DNA of 59,527 nt from a virus (lineage: Duplodnaviria; Caudoviricetes): the IMG/VR virus record IMGVR_UViG_3300025276_000036, positions 1 through 59,527 of that record; one strand, 5' to 3'. The translations under genes were made by a program, and so were the position numbers. This document shows positions 28,731 to 38,534 of this stretch, one piece after another. Each line of letters opens with the position of its first letter. The stretch's first letter is position 1. The notes under the pieces were generated by a model. It saw only the letters and a program-made list of their open reading frames with translations, was not told the DNA's origin and did no database searches.

Positions 28731-30971
28731 ATGGCTTACTTCAAGCAAACAAGTTTTGGCGGATTAGCCCCGATAGTGACGCCGCGACTATTGGCTGACA
28801 CCTACGCCCAAGTAGCTAACAACGTAGAAATAGAAAGCGGTCGTCTGTCTGCGGAGAAGCTAAGTAAAGCAGAAGTGCGGCTCGCCGACTTGACCCACAA
28901 CCATATCTATCTTTACGAGGATGTGAACTGGTTGTCGTGGTTATACAAAGTATCTGTAGCAAACGGCCCTATTCCCGACGATCAAAACGGACGCCTCTAT
29001 TGGACGGGGGAAGCGTATCCCCGACTCAGCGACCGCGCTCTTATTTTAAATGGCAGTGGCCCCTACCCTGCGGCTAGCTATAGGCTTGGTATCCCTGCCC
29101 CTTCGGTTGCACCTTTGGCAGTAGCGGAGTCCGGTTCGGGTCTAGGAGATACACCTCAAGATTCAGCGTACGTTTATACGTACGTCAGCGTTTACGGGGA
29201 AGAAGGGCCGCCGTCTCCACCCTCAGATTCATTAGAATTAGTTGATTCAGGCGCGGTATTGTTAACGTTCCCGACACTTACTGGCACTAACGGTGTCTAC
29301 CCAGGTGATTACAATTTTGCATATAACCCTCTAATCGCGGACAGTTCAAAAATCCGAATCTATCGTGCTAACACAGGTTCTAACAGCACTGATTTTCAGT
29401 TCTTAGATGAGATTCAGATGAACGCGACTTCTTATCTGGATACAAAAAGCTCCACCCAACTTGGCGAAGTTCTTCCAAGTCTTACTTGGATTGGACCGCC
29501 GGATGACAATGCCTCGCTATACCCGAACGGCCCGTTGCAAGGCTTGATCGCTATTGCCAATGGCGTGTTTGCAGGGTTTTCCGGTAAGCGGTTTTGTCTA
29601 AGTGAACCATTCCTACCGCACGCGTGGCCCGTCCAATACCGTATTACTACAGAAGAAGACATAGTCGCGATTTCCGGTACGTCAAACGGCGTCATAGCTT
29701 TAACAGACGGCACTCCATATTTTATTACAGGCACTGACCCTAGTTCGATGACCGCGATCCGTGTAGACCTTGCACAAGCTTGTATCAACGTCGACTCAGT
29801 AGTAGACATGGGCGAGTACGTTTTGTATTGCGGTCCTGATGGTTTGGTCTCAGTCCAAGGCACACAAGGAGGCGTGATTACCCGCGATCTTGTGAGTTAC
29901 GATGATTGGAATGACGATTTCTATCCCGAGATCGTGAAGTGCTTTAAGCACGAAGGGACGTACGTCGCTTTTTGGGAGAAGAACGGTGTGTGTGGCGGTT
30001 GGCGATGGGACCCCCGTTCGCAACAGGCAACCTTAACGACGACTGGCTCACTAGAAACCCCGCCGCTTTTCAACCCTGACGGCGTCGGCCCTATTATCAC
30101 GCTGTCCGGCCCAAGTACTGTGACATTACAAGTTGGCGATCCTTACATCGATGCAGGTGCGCAAGCGATCGACGACGTGGATGGTGTGATTAGCTCGCTT
30201 ATTACAGTTTATAACCCCGTTGATACTAATGTAGCGGGTTCTTATATCGTTACTTATAACGTGAGCGATGAAGCAGGAAATCCGGCTCTCCAAGTAGAGC
30301 GCACGGTAGCAGTATCCGCTATCGGAGCACCCGTAATTACATTACTCGGCGATGCGTCGGTACAAATTACAGCGGGTCAAACCTATTCAGACGCAGGTGC
30401 GACAGCGACAGACGCAGAAGATGGCGACCTGACAGGCTCCATAACTAACATTAGCACTGTTGATACTAATGTTGTAGGTAACTACACGGTGACGTATTTT
30501 GTTACCGACTCAAATGGTAATAACGCGCTTACAGTAATACGCTCTGTTGAAGTACTTAGCAGCTTAGTGGCTAATACCTCTAACAGTTATGCCGTTAACC
30601 CAACTGTGACTTTGAACCTACCTACATCAGGCACCGTCGACGTAAGCTTTAATATGTTTGCTTCGTGGACTTTCGCAATGAACACAAGCACATCTCCAGA
30701 GATTTCAGATTTTGTACTGTTCGCAAATGGAATTGAGCTGACCAGAGCTACCCAAATAGTTCAGGATGTGTCGGGCGGAGAACCAAGCGTACCGCGCTTC
30801 TTTACTTCTACTATATCCGAGAATCCGTGGGTTACCGAAGCTATTTCTGGCGCGGGCGGCACAACTGTTTATGAAATAAAACGCTGTTATCCGGGCACTA
30901 CGCTTGAGCGGGATGGTTTCTCACCTAATTCAGTAGCGCTCACTTGGTCAATTACAGCGGAGATTAACTGA
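28731..30971 (+). CDS. Tail nozzle/stabilisation-like protein, N-terminal part, fused to 2 Ig-like domains
   Basis: F.G.AP..TPRLL...AQ.A.N, YVYTYV..YGEEGPPSP, SEPFLPHAWP, QACI...SVVD motifs; then two Ig-like repeats. Confidence 0.75.
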   Translation: MAYFKQTSFGGLAPIVTPRLLADTYAQVANNVEIESGRLSAEKLSKAEVRLADLTHNHIYLYEDVNWLSWLYKVSVANGPIPDDQNGRLYWTGEAYPRLSDRALILNGSGPYPAASYRLGIPAPSVAPLAVAESGSGLGDTPQDSAYVYTYVSVYGEEGPPSPPSDSLELVDSGAVLLTFPTLTGTNGVYPGDYNFAYNPLIADSSKIRIYRANTGSNSTDFQFLDEIQMNATSYLDTKSSTQLGEVLPSLTWIGPPDDNASLYPNGPLQGLIAIANGVFAGFSGKRFCLSEPFLPHAWPVQYRITTEEDIVAISGTSNGVIALTDGTPYFITGTDPSSMTAIRVDLAQACINVDSVVDMGEYVLYCGPDGLVSVQGTQGGVITRDLVSYDDWNDDFYPEIVKCFKHEGTYVAFWEKNGVCGGWRWDPRSQQATLTTTGSLETPPLFNPDGVGPIITLSGPSTVTLQVGDPYIDAGAQAIDDVDGVISSLITVYNPVDTNVAGSYIVTYNVSDEAGNPALQVERTVAVSAIGAPVITLLGDASVQITAGQTYSDAGATATDAEDGDLTGSITNISTVDTNVVGNYTVTYFVTDSNGNNALTVIRSVEVLSSLVANTSNSYAVNPTVTLNLPTSGTVDVSFNMFASWTFAMNTSTSPEISDFVLFANGIELTRATQIVQDVSGGEPSVPRFFTSTISENPWVTEAISGAGGTTVYEIKRCYPGTTLERDGFSPNSVALTWSITAEIN

Positions 30972-32797
30972 TGGCTTTTATTTGGGATCAACTAGGCGCG
31001 GATATTGATGGCGTTAATGAATTTGATTATGACGGGTGGCGTATTTGTTTGTCCGATTCAGGTACTACGCTTGCAATAAGTTCTACGCAAAACACCGACG
31101 GCCTGACTAACGGCATTGCCGGAGGTCGCGTACGTATTTTTGATGAACTAGGTGGCGTCTGGGTTCAACGGGGTGCCTCGCTATACGGCGCAACAAATTA
31201 CGCGCGTTTTGGTGGCGCTTTATCTCTTAGCAGCGACGGTAATTTTGTTGCTGTTACACAGTGGAATCTCGGCGCGGCAAATCCTGGCGCAACCTCTGTC
31301 TACGAGTGGACGGGCAGTGCTTGGGCGATGATCGGTAATCTTATTAACCACACGACGCAAACTGGTCAAGGGCCAATTAAACTTGCTCAGATACCTGCTA
31401 GTGGCTCAAATAACAAAGGGTTGAGGCTCTGTATTTCAAAGCCTGTTTTCGCTACGTCTTATATCATCTACGATTGGGACTCAGCGACCTCGGATTGGGC
31501 GGTTTTTGCAGAAGCGCCATATGATTACAATGACAAACCAGTACTGCTTGATATGAGTGCGGACGGCACCAGGGTTATTGAGCATGTGCGCGTCACTCGC
31601 AGTATACGATGGACAACTTTTACTAACTATACCGATGCCAACTCCGCAGTGACTATTACTAAAAGCGATAATCTTTTTGGGTACGCTAGTTACAACAACA
31701 TGATCGACGGTGTGAGCGGAGCGTTAAGCGCGGACGGCGAAAAGTTCGTTATTGGCGATCCCTATAATAGTGATAATTATTATAACGGCGGTCGCGCCTG
31801 CATGTATAACATTACTAATACTACTTGGCAGCTCCTCGGAACTATAGAGGAAGGAGTCGAAGCTTTCTCGTACGCCGGTTACAACGTCGCGATTTCTGCG
31901 GACGGCACGACCGTTACCGTTAACAATTACATTAGACCGCGTAACGATGTAGCACAGCCTCGCGCCGGACAGAATCGCACTTATTTAGTGTATGGCAGTA
32001 CCATTGCACAGAAAGGCGCGACCATAGAGGGCGAAGCGCGGTACGACAACAGCGGTGAAGATGGTCTTGCATTAAATGCAGACGGGTCACGAGTCGCGAT
32101 CTCCGCTCCGCTAAACGATGCCGGTGGGCTAGAAGCATTACCTGATCCAGAGGGCGATAACGAAGGGTGGGATGGTTCCGCCTACGGCCACACCCGTATT
32201 TTTCAATACCAAGCAGAAGTAATACCGAACCCTAATGACGCAGATGGAGATGGTTATGACGACGCAATCGATGCATTCCCGAATGACCCGACCGAATGGG
32301 CGGACTCCGACGGTGATGGAATTGGGGATAACGCTGACCCGTTCCCGAACGGCGAAGAGACAAAAGGCTCAGAAATCTGCGTCGATGGCGGCTACTCACA
32401 TAAGAAAGATGGGTCGTTGTATCTTGTGGATAATGGTTTTATTTATAAGTTTCAAGCCGACACTGCTAGCAATGTATTGACTTGGCGCTCTAAGGAATAC
32501 CGGACTCCAAAACCAGTGAGTATGGCGTGGTTTAGTATTTCTGCCGAAGCCTATCCTGTCTCGATAAAAATATTTGCAGATAAGGCGCTAGTACTTCAAT
32601 GCGAGATCGACAAAGTCGGTGCGGGGTACACCCTACAGACTACTATCCCAGAGAATATTTCAGGTGGTTTATTAAGCGAACCGCTAATACGTACGCCCGC
32701 TGTTTACGCGCAAAGTTGGGAAGTCGAAGTCTCATCTGAGTTTGCTATTAATGAATTTTGTTTGGCGGAATCTATCGAAGAGGTTCGTGGGACGTGA
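30971..32797 (+). CDS. Beta-propeller plus TSP3-like repeats fused to a C-terminal nozzle-like segment
   Basis: WxQLGADIDG, (A)LSxDG blades, DADGDGYDD..DAFPNDPTEWADSDGDGIGDNAD; C-terminal LTWRSKEY...YPV...WEVEV...LAESIEEV. Confidence 0.75.
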   Translation: MAFIWDQLGADIDGVNEFDYDGWRICLSDSGTTLAISSTQNTDGLTNGIAGGRVRIFDELGGVWVQRGASLYGATNYARFGGALSLSSDGNFVAVTQWNLGAANPGATSVYEWTGSAWAMIGNLINHTTQTGQGPIKLAQIPASGSNNKGLRLCISKPVFATSYIIYDWDSATSDWAVFAEAPYDYNDKPVLLDMSADGTRVIEHVRVTRSIRWTTFTNYTDANSAVTITKSDNLFGYASYNNMIDGVSGALSADGEKFVIGDPYNSDNYYNGGRACMYNITNTTWQLLGTIEEGVEAFSYAGYNVAISADGTTVTVNNYIRPRNDVAQPRAGQNRTYLVYGSTIAQKGATIEGEARYDNSGEDGLALNADGSRVAISAPLNDAGGLEALPDPEGDNEGWDGSAYGHTRIFQYQAEVIPNPNDADGDGYDDAIDAFPNDPTEWADSDGDGIGDNADPFPNGEETKGSEICVDGGYSHKKDGSLYLVDNGFIYKFQADTASNVLTWRSKEYRTPKPVSMAWFSISAEAYPVSIKIFADKALVLQCEIDKVGAGYTLQTTIPENISGGLLSEPLIRTPAVYAQSWEVEVSSEFAINEFCLAESIEEVRGT

Positions 32798-33324
32798 GTC
32801 GCAGGACAAAAATCCCAGGTATACCGAACCCGCCCGTAGGTACAAGCGCACCGCTTCGTAATACGTTAACGCAGATCAAAGAAGCGTTAGAAGTATTGCT
32901 TGGTAGGCGTGGCGCGAAGCTTGATCGGGCAGTCACGTTTCGTGATTTAACGGACGATGTTGAGTTTAGGGAAACAGTTTTTGTAGGGGCAGGAGGTAGT
33001 GGTACTCAAGGCCCCACTGGTCCACAAGGGCCACAAGGGTCGCAAGGCATGACAGGAATTCCTGGCACCACTGGCCCACAAGGGTCACAAGGCGTTACAG
33101 GAAATCCGGGCGCGGACGCAGTAAACAACTTTATAGAACCCTCATTTACTTATACAGCGGGGCAGATTACTCGGGTTGATTACAGCACAGGTTTTTACAA
33201 ATTACTGACGTATGCCGGCGATCAATTACAGGCAATTCAAATCTTTGACGACTTAGGAAGCAGCATCACTAAGACGTTTACTTATGACACTAACGGCAAT
33301 CTTATAGGAGTTGTCGAAACTTAA
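32794..33324 (+). CDS. Short tail-fibre protein with collagen repeats
   Basis: IKEALEV..GRRG..LDRAVTFRDL fibre-anchor-like N-terminus; 13 consecutive G-X-Y triplets; GTG start overlapping the upstream stop. Confidence 0.75.
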   Translation: MSRRTKIPGIPNPPVGTSAPLRNTLTQIKEALEVLLGRRGAKLDRAVTFRDLTDDVEFRETVFVGAGGSGTQGPTGPQGPQGSQGMTGIPGTTGPQGSQGVTGNPGADAVNNFIEPSFTYTAGQITRVDYSTGFYKLLTYAGDQLQAIQIFDDLGSSITKTFTYDTNGNLIGVVET

Positions 33325-33360
33325 AATACCTTCAGGAGGAAGCCATATTGGAGATAATTT

Positions 33361-34677
33361 ATGGCTTTAATTACAGACCCAGATGACCTAAATCAATCTA
33401 CAGAAGTAGGTATTGATGTAGCTGCTAAAACAATAACACTGAATATTGCGGGGGTTTTGTCAAACGACGGCGTGAGTGGACAGGCCTTGTACTCATTCTT
33501 TAAAGAAGAGTGGAAGTCGGATGCCGCATTAATCCCGTACCCATTCCCTATGGTGTCAATTACTCCTGAGCAGTTTGAATTTATCAACGGGTGGACACCC
33601 GCTAATGACACAACACGAAACTTAGTCAGGTCGGCTGGATGGCGTGAAATCAGCTCATCTAGCGCAATCGAGCGTGAATACATGGGCGTTATCTCGCTTG
33701 GTAACATTGATTCAGCAGATACACCGTACTATGCTTTTAGCTCTGACACTTCCAAGACAGACTTTGACTTCACAGGTGCTATAAATCAGGCCATACAGAC
33801 ATTCGGTGATTCTTCTAATGGTAACTTTGACAAGAGATCAGACACCTTAACGACTTATATACGATCACAGGGTAAGACCTATGACAGCTCTACGTCTACC
33901 AGTATCGGTCTTAACGCACTAAACTACATTGCCAACCGTTTTCCTCTAGCCGAGGCGGCTGACTCTAAAGTCAGTGCTTCTGACACCGATATTGCTAATA
34001 ACGCACCGTATACAGGAATGTCTATTGAGTATGGCGCGGTAACACGGAGCATTGGTGGTGTCACACGTAACTTTGACATAGTTATCGATGGTAACAGTGG
34101 CTCAGCCGAAGAGATCTATGAGTTTGTACAATATAGCTTACGTCAATCAGGTGACATTGATACATCCGCAGGTACACAAGTAGGCCTCCTAGCTAACGAT
34201 CTAATGTCATTTGCAGGTGATACGCTAACGACTACGACTGGCGTTTTTATTGATAACTTCAACACCAACGACACTAACCGCCTCGAGTTTACAGACACAG
34301 GTGGTACTGTACGTACATTCCCATTCGTAGCCGCAGGTACACTTAGCTTTAACTCTAATCTTGTTAATGATGCTGATGCAACATACAGAATGTTCTTCAC
34401 GTCTGGCTATGGAACAGGCTCAGCTATCTTAGTTGACGATAATGACGGTGTAGATATATTAGGTAATACCGCAGGCAACTCGACTATTAACTGGTCATTC
34501 GACTACGACAATAATGTGCAGGGTGGGCGTACCGCAGGTACAGATGCATCTATCACAGTAGTAGCGATTGGACTAGACACAGCACAGTACGTCTCGGCCA
34601 CAGCTACTATCGGTAGGGCAACTGGGCAAAACATAGCATTGGTAGCTCCACTTGAGCGTAACTACAGTAATGCGTAA
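33361..34677 (+). CDS. Tail/structural protein (438 aa)
   Basis: D/T/S/G/N-rich beta-type sequence; GGAG RBS; in the tail module. Confidence 0.7.
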   Translation: MALITDPDDLNQSTEVGIDVAAKTITLNIAGVLSNDGVSGQALYSFFKEEWKSDAALIPYPFPMVSITPEQFEFINGWTPANDTTRNLVRSAGWREISSSSAIEREYMGVISLGNIDSADTPYYAFSSDTSKTDFDFTGAINQAIQTFGDSSNGNFDKRSDTLTTYIRSQGKTYDSSTSTSIGLNALNYIANRFPLAEAADSKVSASDTDIANNAPYTGMSIEYGAVTRSIGGVTRNFDIVIDGNSGSAEEIYEFVQYSLRQSGDIDTSAGTQVGLLANDLMSFAGDTLTTTTGVFIDNFNTNDTNRLEFTDTGGTVRTFPFVAAGTLSFNSNLVNDADATYRMFFTSGYGTGSAILVDDNDGVDILGNTAGNSTINWSFDYDNNVQGGRTAGTDASITVVAIGLDTAQYVSATATIGRATGQNIALVAPLERNYSNA

Positions 34678-34687
34678 GGGGGCTTAA

Positions 34688-36013
34688 ATGGCAATTATAT
34701 CATACCTACAAGGACTAGGCGCAACGCACTTATTTACTCTTGACAATGTGGGCACATCTACGTCCGACGACTTAGGAAACAGTAGCGAACCAACAAATAT
34801 ATATAATGGAAATTATTCGTTTCAAACCAGCCCTGTTTGTTACGGAGCCAGCCATTCTGTCCGAACGACAGCCAGCACTAACACCTCCCAGAGAGGCGCA
34901 GTATTTAGCAACACCACCGATATCAATGGTTCTAGCCCACCCTACAGATCAGGCACACGAACCGTATTCCTTTGGGCTAGGCAAGACGCTATACAAAACG
35001 TAACGTGTATATACGAGCAGGGTGGTGGAACAAACAACTTCGCCTTTATGGGAGGTGCTCAGACCACATTCCAAGCCGCTGATGGTGGGCAACCATTTTT
35101 AATTGCGGCTACAAAAGATAAGGTAATAGCGAACAGGGCGTATTTTCTTGCGGGTGTTTGGGAGTACCACACCCAACATTCAGGATCAGGAAACAGAGTT
35201 CTTTTGTATGCCAACGGCGTATTGCAAGAAACAGCAGAAGAAAATGGAACAGCTACGTTCCCAGCCCATGCTGGTGACATAGCCCTTGGCAACTCTAAGG
35301 AAGACCTGAAATCATTCGCTGAGACAACTGTCAAAAGTCAAACGACAGCCAAGAATACCAACTATCTGGGAATGTATAACAATACTTCCTTAACGGAAGC
35401 GCAGTGCAGAAACATCTTTGAGCGAATGGTTATTCCCGAAGTGGTGATCGATGAGGATACGGTGGCTAATCAACAGGCCGCGTTAAATGCGTTAAGCGGC
35501 ACGACTTACCAAAATGTGAATTGTGCTATTGAGATAAGACAAGCCACTGATGCAACTGATTACACGTTGACACTAAATAACATTACTTTTGTGCAAAACG
35601 ACAACCTTAGAGATATTGCTGTCCAGTATGTTGGGGCTAACACTCTAACCTTAATCAACTCAAGCTCTAATGCTGTAGAGGTCAGTACACCCGCTGAAAA
35701 AGATTTAGATGGGGGCACTACGATACTTACGGGTGGAGGCACGATAAACATTGCCAACCCTTCGATATTAACTCTTACAGGTCTACAGCCGAACTCAGAA
35801 GTACGGGTGTATCAGGCTGGTACAACTACAGAGCTTGCAGGGATAGAGGACTCAGGCACTACGTTCACAACTACTGTTGCAGTAGCTAGTGTTGATATTG
35901 TTATTCACTCTATAGGTTATGAGTATCTGAGAATATCTGGGGCAGACACAAGCTCTAATCTGACACTACCTATACAGCAACGGTTTGACCGGAACTACAG
36001 TAATCCTACATAA
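34688..36013 (+). CDS. Tail protein with LamG/concanavalin-A-like domain
   Basis: TVFLWAR...YFLAGVW...VLLYANG...LGN LamG-like pattern; C-terminal RNYSN shared with the upstream protein. Confidence 0.7.
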   Translation: MAIISYLQGLGATHLFTLDNVGTSTSDDLGNSSEPTNIYNGNYSFQTSPVCYGASHSVRTTASTNTSQRGAVFSNTTDINGSSPPYRSGTRTVFLWARQDAIQNVTCIYEQGGGTNNFAFMGGAQTTFQAADGGQPFLIAATKDKVIANRAYFLAGVWEYHTQHSGSGNRVLLYANGVLQETAEENGTATFPAHAGDIALGNSKEDLKSFAETTVKSQTTAKNTNYLGMYNNTSLTEAQCRNIFERMVIPEVVIDEDTVANQQAALNALSGTTYQNVNCAIEIRQATDATDYTLTLNNITFVQNDNLRDIAVQYVGANTLTLINSSSNAVEVSTPAEKDLDGGTTILTGGGTINIANPSILTLTGLQPNSEVRVYQAGTTTELAGIEDSGTTFTTTVAVASVDIVIHSIGYEYLRISGADTSSNLTLPIQQRFDRNYSNPT

Positions 36014-36040
36014 CAACTAACTAAGCTACCGGAGGTAGAC

Positions 36041-36496
36041 ATGTCTGATGCAATATTTGATGGTGACAATCTTTATGTCACCCTACCTTCACTAGGTACA
36101 TTCTCTGTAGAAGAGAATTTATATGGTGCTTGGAAAGAGTGGGTGGTAGCTAGTGATAATGCTAAGTACCCGCCTGCTTTTGATACAACGGGCGGTGATG
36201 CAGTCGGGGGTGGTCAAGAGATCGCCCCTTACTTTTTCTGTAGAAATGACCTAGGGTGGCGGATAAAAATGCCTGAAGACAATGGGGAGATCATAGTAAC
36301 TGGAAACTTATTTCCTAGATCTCCTAGTATCACTTTGTTCGAACAAACCGCAGGCTTCGATGCATTTTTAAGGCTCGAAGTATCTACAAGAGCGGTTGTC
36401 ATACCCGTAAATACTGGCAGTGGGCTAACAGACGCGCAAGACGCGTTGCTGTCTAAAATTGGAGCGGTGACGTCGGGAATTCCTGCGCTGCTATGA
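36041..36496 (+). CDS. Tail-module structural protein (151 aa)
   Basis: GGAGG RBS; LYGAWKEW...GGD...YFF..NDLGWRI. Confidence 0.7.
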   Translation: MSDAIFDGDNLYVTLPSLGTFSVEENLYGAWKEWVVASDNAKYPPAFDTTGGDAVGGGQEIAPYFFCRNDLGWRIKMPEDNGEIIVTGNLFPRSPSITLFEQTAGFDAFLRLEVSTRAVVIPVNTGSGLTDAQDALLSKIGAVTSGIPALL

Positions 36497-36915
36497 TTCA
36501 TATTAAATCGAAGTATTCTGAGGCAGCCATTGAGTGCACGATTCGGGATTTAGAAGACGGGAGAGGACGCGGTATTTACGCAGAGCAAGACATTTACGCA
36601 GAGCAAGTAGTAGAAACTAGCCCGATTATTAGTATGGAGGGGAGCTACCGGCAATTGCCGCAAGTACTACGGAATGTTGTTTTTGGATGCGGTGTTAGCA
36701 CTGTAGTAGCACTAGGCGTCGGTAGCTTATTTAATCACGCTGACGACGCGTCTCTGAGATATGAAGTCAAGGGGGAAGAAGGTTTGTTGTTTTTTATTGC
36801 GAGACAGGCGATTAAAAAAGGCGAAGAGTTGACGATTAACTACAACGATACGGCGGGAAGCTCGTGTGAAGACACATGGTTCCGTGCAGAAGACCGAGGT
36901 TTTAATAAGATTTGA
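36493..36915 (+). CDS. SET-domain protein-lysine methyltransferase
   Basis: GRGIYA (motif I), SLFNHA (motif III), IKKGEELTINY (motif IV). Confidence 0.85.
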   Translation: MIHIKSKYSEAAIECTIRDLEDGRGRGIYAEQDIYAEQVVETSPIISMEGSYRQLPQVLRNVVFGCGVSTVVALGVGSLFNHADDASLRYEVKGEEGLLFFIARQAIKKGEELTINYNDTAGSSCEDTWFRAEDRGFNKI

Positions 36916-36951
36916 AGATGCCAAAAGGGTATACAGCGTATGCTCTTTTAT

Positions 36952-36983
36952 CATTAGCTCTACTAATAATGTACCACTATAAT
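36952..36983 (+). promoter_or_regulatory. Operator CATTAGCTCTACTAATA with a downstream TATAAT
   Basis: Near-consensus palindrome left of attP. Confidence 0.5.
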
Positions 36984-37076
36984 AGCACCTCTTCAAACAG
37001 CTTTGATAGGGGCTATTACTATGATGTTCATGCTTGGTTACAGTTTGGTGATGCTTACGCTGATCGCCAAAGATAG

Positions 37077-37318
37077 TTTGTCACAATTTGTCACACTGAG
37101 AAATAAAGAGAAATAAAATAACGATAGAAATCAATAACTTACAGGCTTCCTGGAAAAAGGTATAATAGGGGTAAAAGTAACATAAGCTATTGATATATAT
37201 AGGTATTCATTTAGAACTGGCTACAAGTCCCGTCCGGTCCGCCATAAGCATAAGAGGTTGTTTTTAAAGGCTTTTTTCCTTAAAATATCCTAGCTGTCAC
37301 AATTCTGTCACAGCTAGG
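37077..37318. other. attP region: tRNA-Asp 3'-end core, TGTCACA arm-type repeats and IHF sites
   Basis: Core CAAGTCCCGTCCGGTCCGCCA (37224-37244) resembles the 3' end of tRNA-Asp; paired TGTCACA repeats on both sides; WATCAANNNNTTR matches at 37129-37141 (+) and 37183-37195 (-); adjacent to int. Confidence 0.85.
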
Positions 37319-37335
37319 TTTAAAAAGGAGTTAAA

Positions 37336-38355
37336 ATGGCCACTATAAGGAAGCGTGGAAAGGCAAGTTGGCAAGCACAAATTCGCCACATCGGATTTCC
37401 CAATCAGTCAAAAACATTCAAAACAAGATTAGCCGCTCAACGATGGATTAATTCGACGACGTCGGATATGGAAGCCGGAGCGTGGAACGATCTTCGTTTA
37501 CAACGATCCATCTTTGTTAGCGACCTTCTTCGTCGTTGGCGAGACTCGCTACACCCAAACACAAAAGTATTCTGCGACAGCAAATTACACACCGTTGAAT
37601 TTCTAGCGCGAGAACTAGAGGGCGTCTCTCTGGCGGCTTTTGATAATGAGTTCATTATGGAGTATGCAAAGCGCAGGTCTGAAACTGTTCGCCGCAGCAC
37701 ACTCGGCACAGAGCTAAGTTATTTGTCCCAGTGCATAGACTTTTGTCGGACTATCTTTAAGACACCCCTGCCCTTTAATCCAGTCCACGAGGTTCGTGGG
37801 GTGTTGGGCCAACTTAATATGGTAGGTGGATCGCGGTGCGTAGAGCGTAGACTGAGAGACGGTGAGTACGAATTATTGCAGGACATAGACATGACGCCTT
37901 GGCTAGGCCCTGTAATGGACATTGCAGTGAACTCTGCGATGAGGCAGGGGGAGATTTTTAGGATGAAGTGGTCGGATTTAGATTTTAAGAAAGGCACTAT
38001 CTTTATCAAGGATCGAAAAGACCCTAAAGAGAAAGAAGGTAATGACCAGATAATACCTATGTTTCCGCCCGTGAGAGAGGCGCTCCTACGTGCACGAGAG
38101 TTTACTGGGGACGATGGTAGGGTTCTTCATGTAACATCAACAAAGAGTATCGGCGATGCTTTTAGACGAGTACGTATTAAGGCAGGGATTTACGATTTAC
38201 GCTTCCATGATTTAAGGCATGAGGGTGTAAGTAGGTTGTTCGAGAAAGGTTGGAGCATCCCCCAAGTGGCCGCTGTATCTGGCCACAAGGATTGGACGCA
38301 ACTTAAACGGTATACGCAACTTAAGCCAGGGGACTTGCTCACTGCGTATGGGTAG
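37336..38355 (+). CDS. int: Tyrosine integrase
   Basis: SAMRQGEI, RFHDLRHE, SGHKDW..LKRY catalytic residues; N-terminal arm-binding region WQAQIR..GFP.QSKTF. Confidence 0.95.
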   Translation: MATIRKRGKASWQAQIRHIGFPNQSKTFKTRLAAQRWINSTTSDMEAGAWNDLRLQRSIFVSDLLRRWRDSLHPNTKVFCDSKLHTVEFLARELEGVSLAAFDNEFIMEYAKRRSETVRRSTLGTELSYLSQCIDFCRTIFKTPLPFNPVHEVRGVLGQLNMVGGSRCVERRLRDGEYELLQDIDMTPWLGPVMDIAVNSAMRQGEIFRMKWSDLDFKKGTIFIKDRKDPKEKEGNDQIIPMFPPVREALLRAREFTGDDGRVLHVTSTKSIGDAFRRVRIKAGIYDLRFHDLRHEGVSRLFEKGWSIPQVAAVSGHKDWTQLKRYTQLKPGDLLTAYG

Positions 38356-38356
38356 G

Positions 38357-38533
38357 TCATCTAAATCTCCTAGCCTTCCATAGCTCCTTGACAGGGGTGT
38401 CCATCGGATGTCTGTTTGTTTTAGGGCGCGGCTTGGGTGGGAACTGTCTTAGTAATAGCTCATCGAATATAATGAAAGACAGTTCGGTTTTACCGCATCT
38501 CCTGCTTGGTGCTACACTTTGTTTCAGTCTCAT
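38357..38533 (-). CDS. Hypothetical protein (58 aa; not in the ORF track)
   Basis: MRLKQSVAPSRR...LWKARRFR fills the gap between the xis-like gene and int. Confidence 0.35.
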   Translation of the reverse strand: MRLKQSVAPSRRCGKTELSFIIFDELLLRQFPPKPRPKTNRHPMDTPVKELWKARRFR

Positions 38534-38534
38534 C

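Noticed and set aside
37224-37244. Intact tRNA gene
   Set aside because: Only the 3' T-arm/acceptor portion is present; upstream sequence cannot form a cloverleaf, so it is treated as the attP core
37294-37311. CTGTCAC arm repeats equal the tRNA-Asp anticodon loop sequence
   Set aside because: A 7-mer match with no anticodon stem context; arrangement fits integrase arm sites, so probably coincidence
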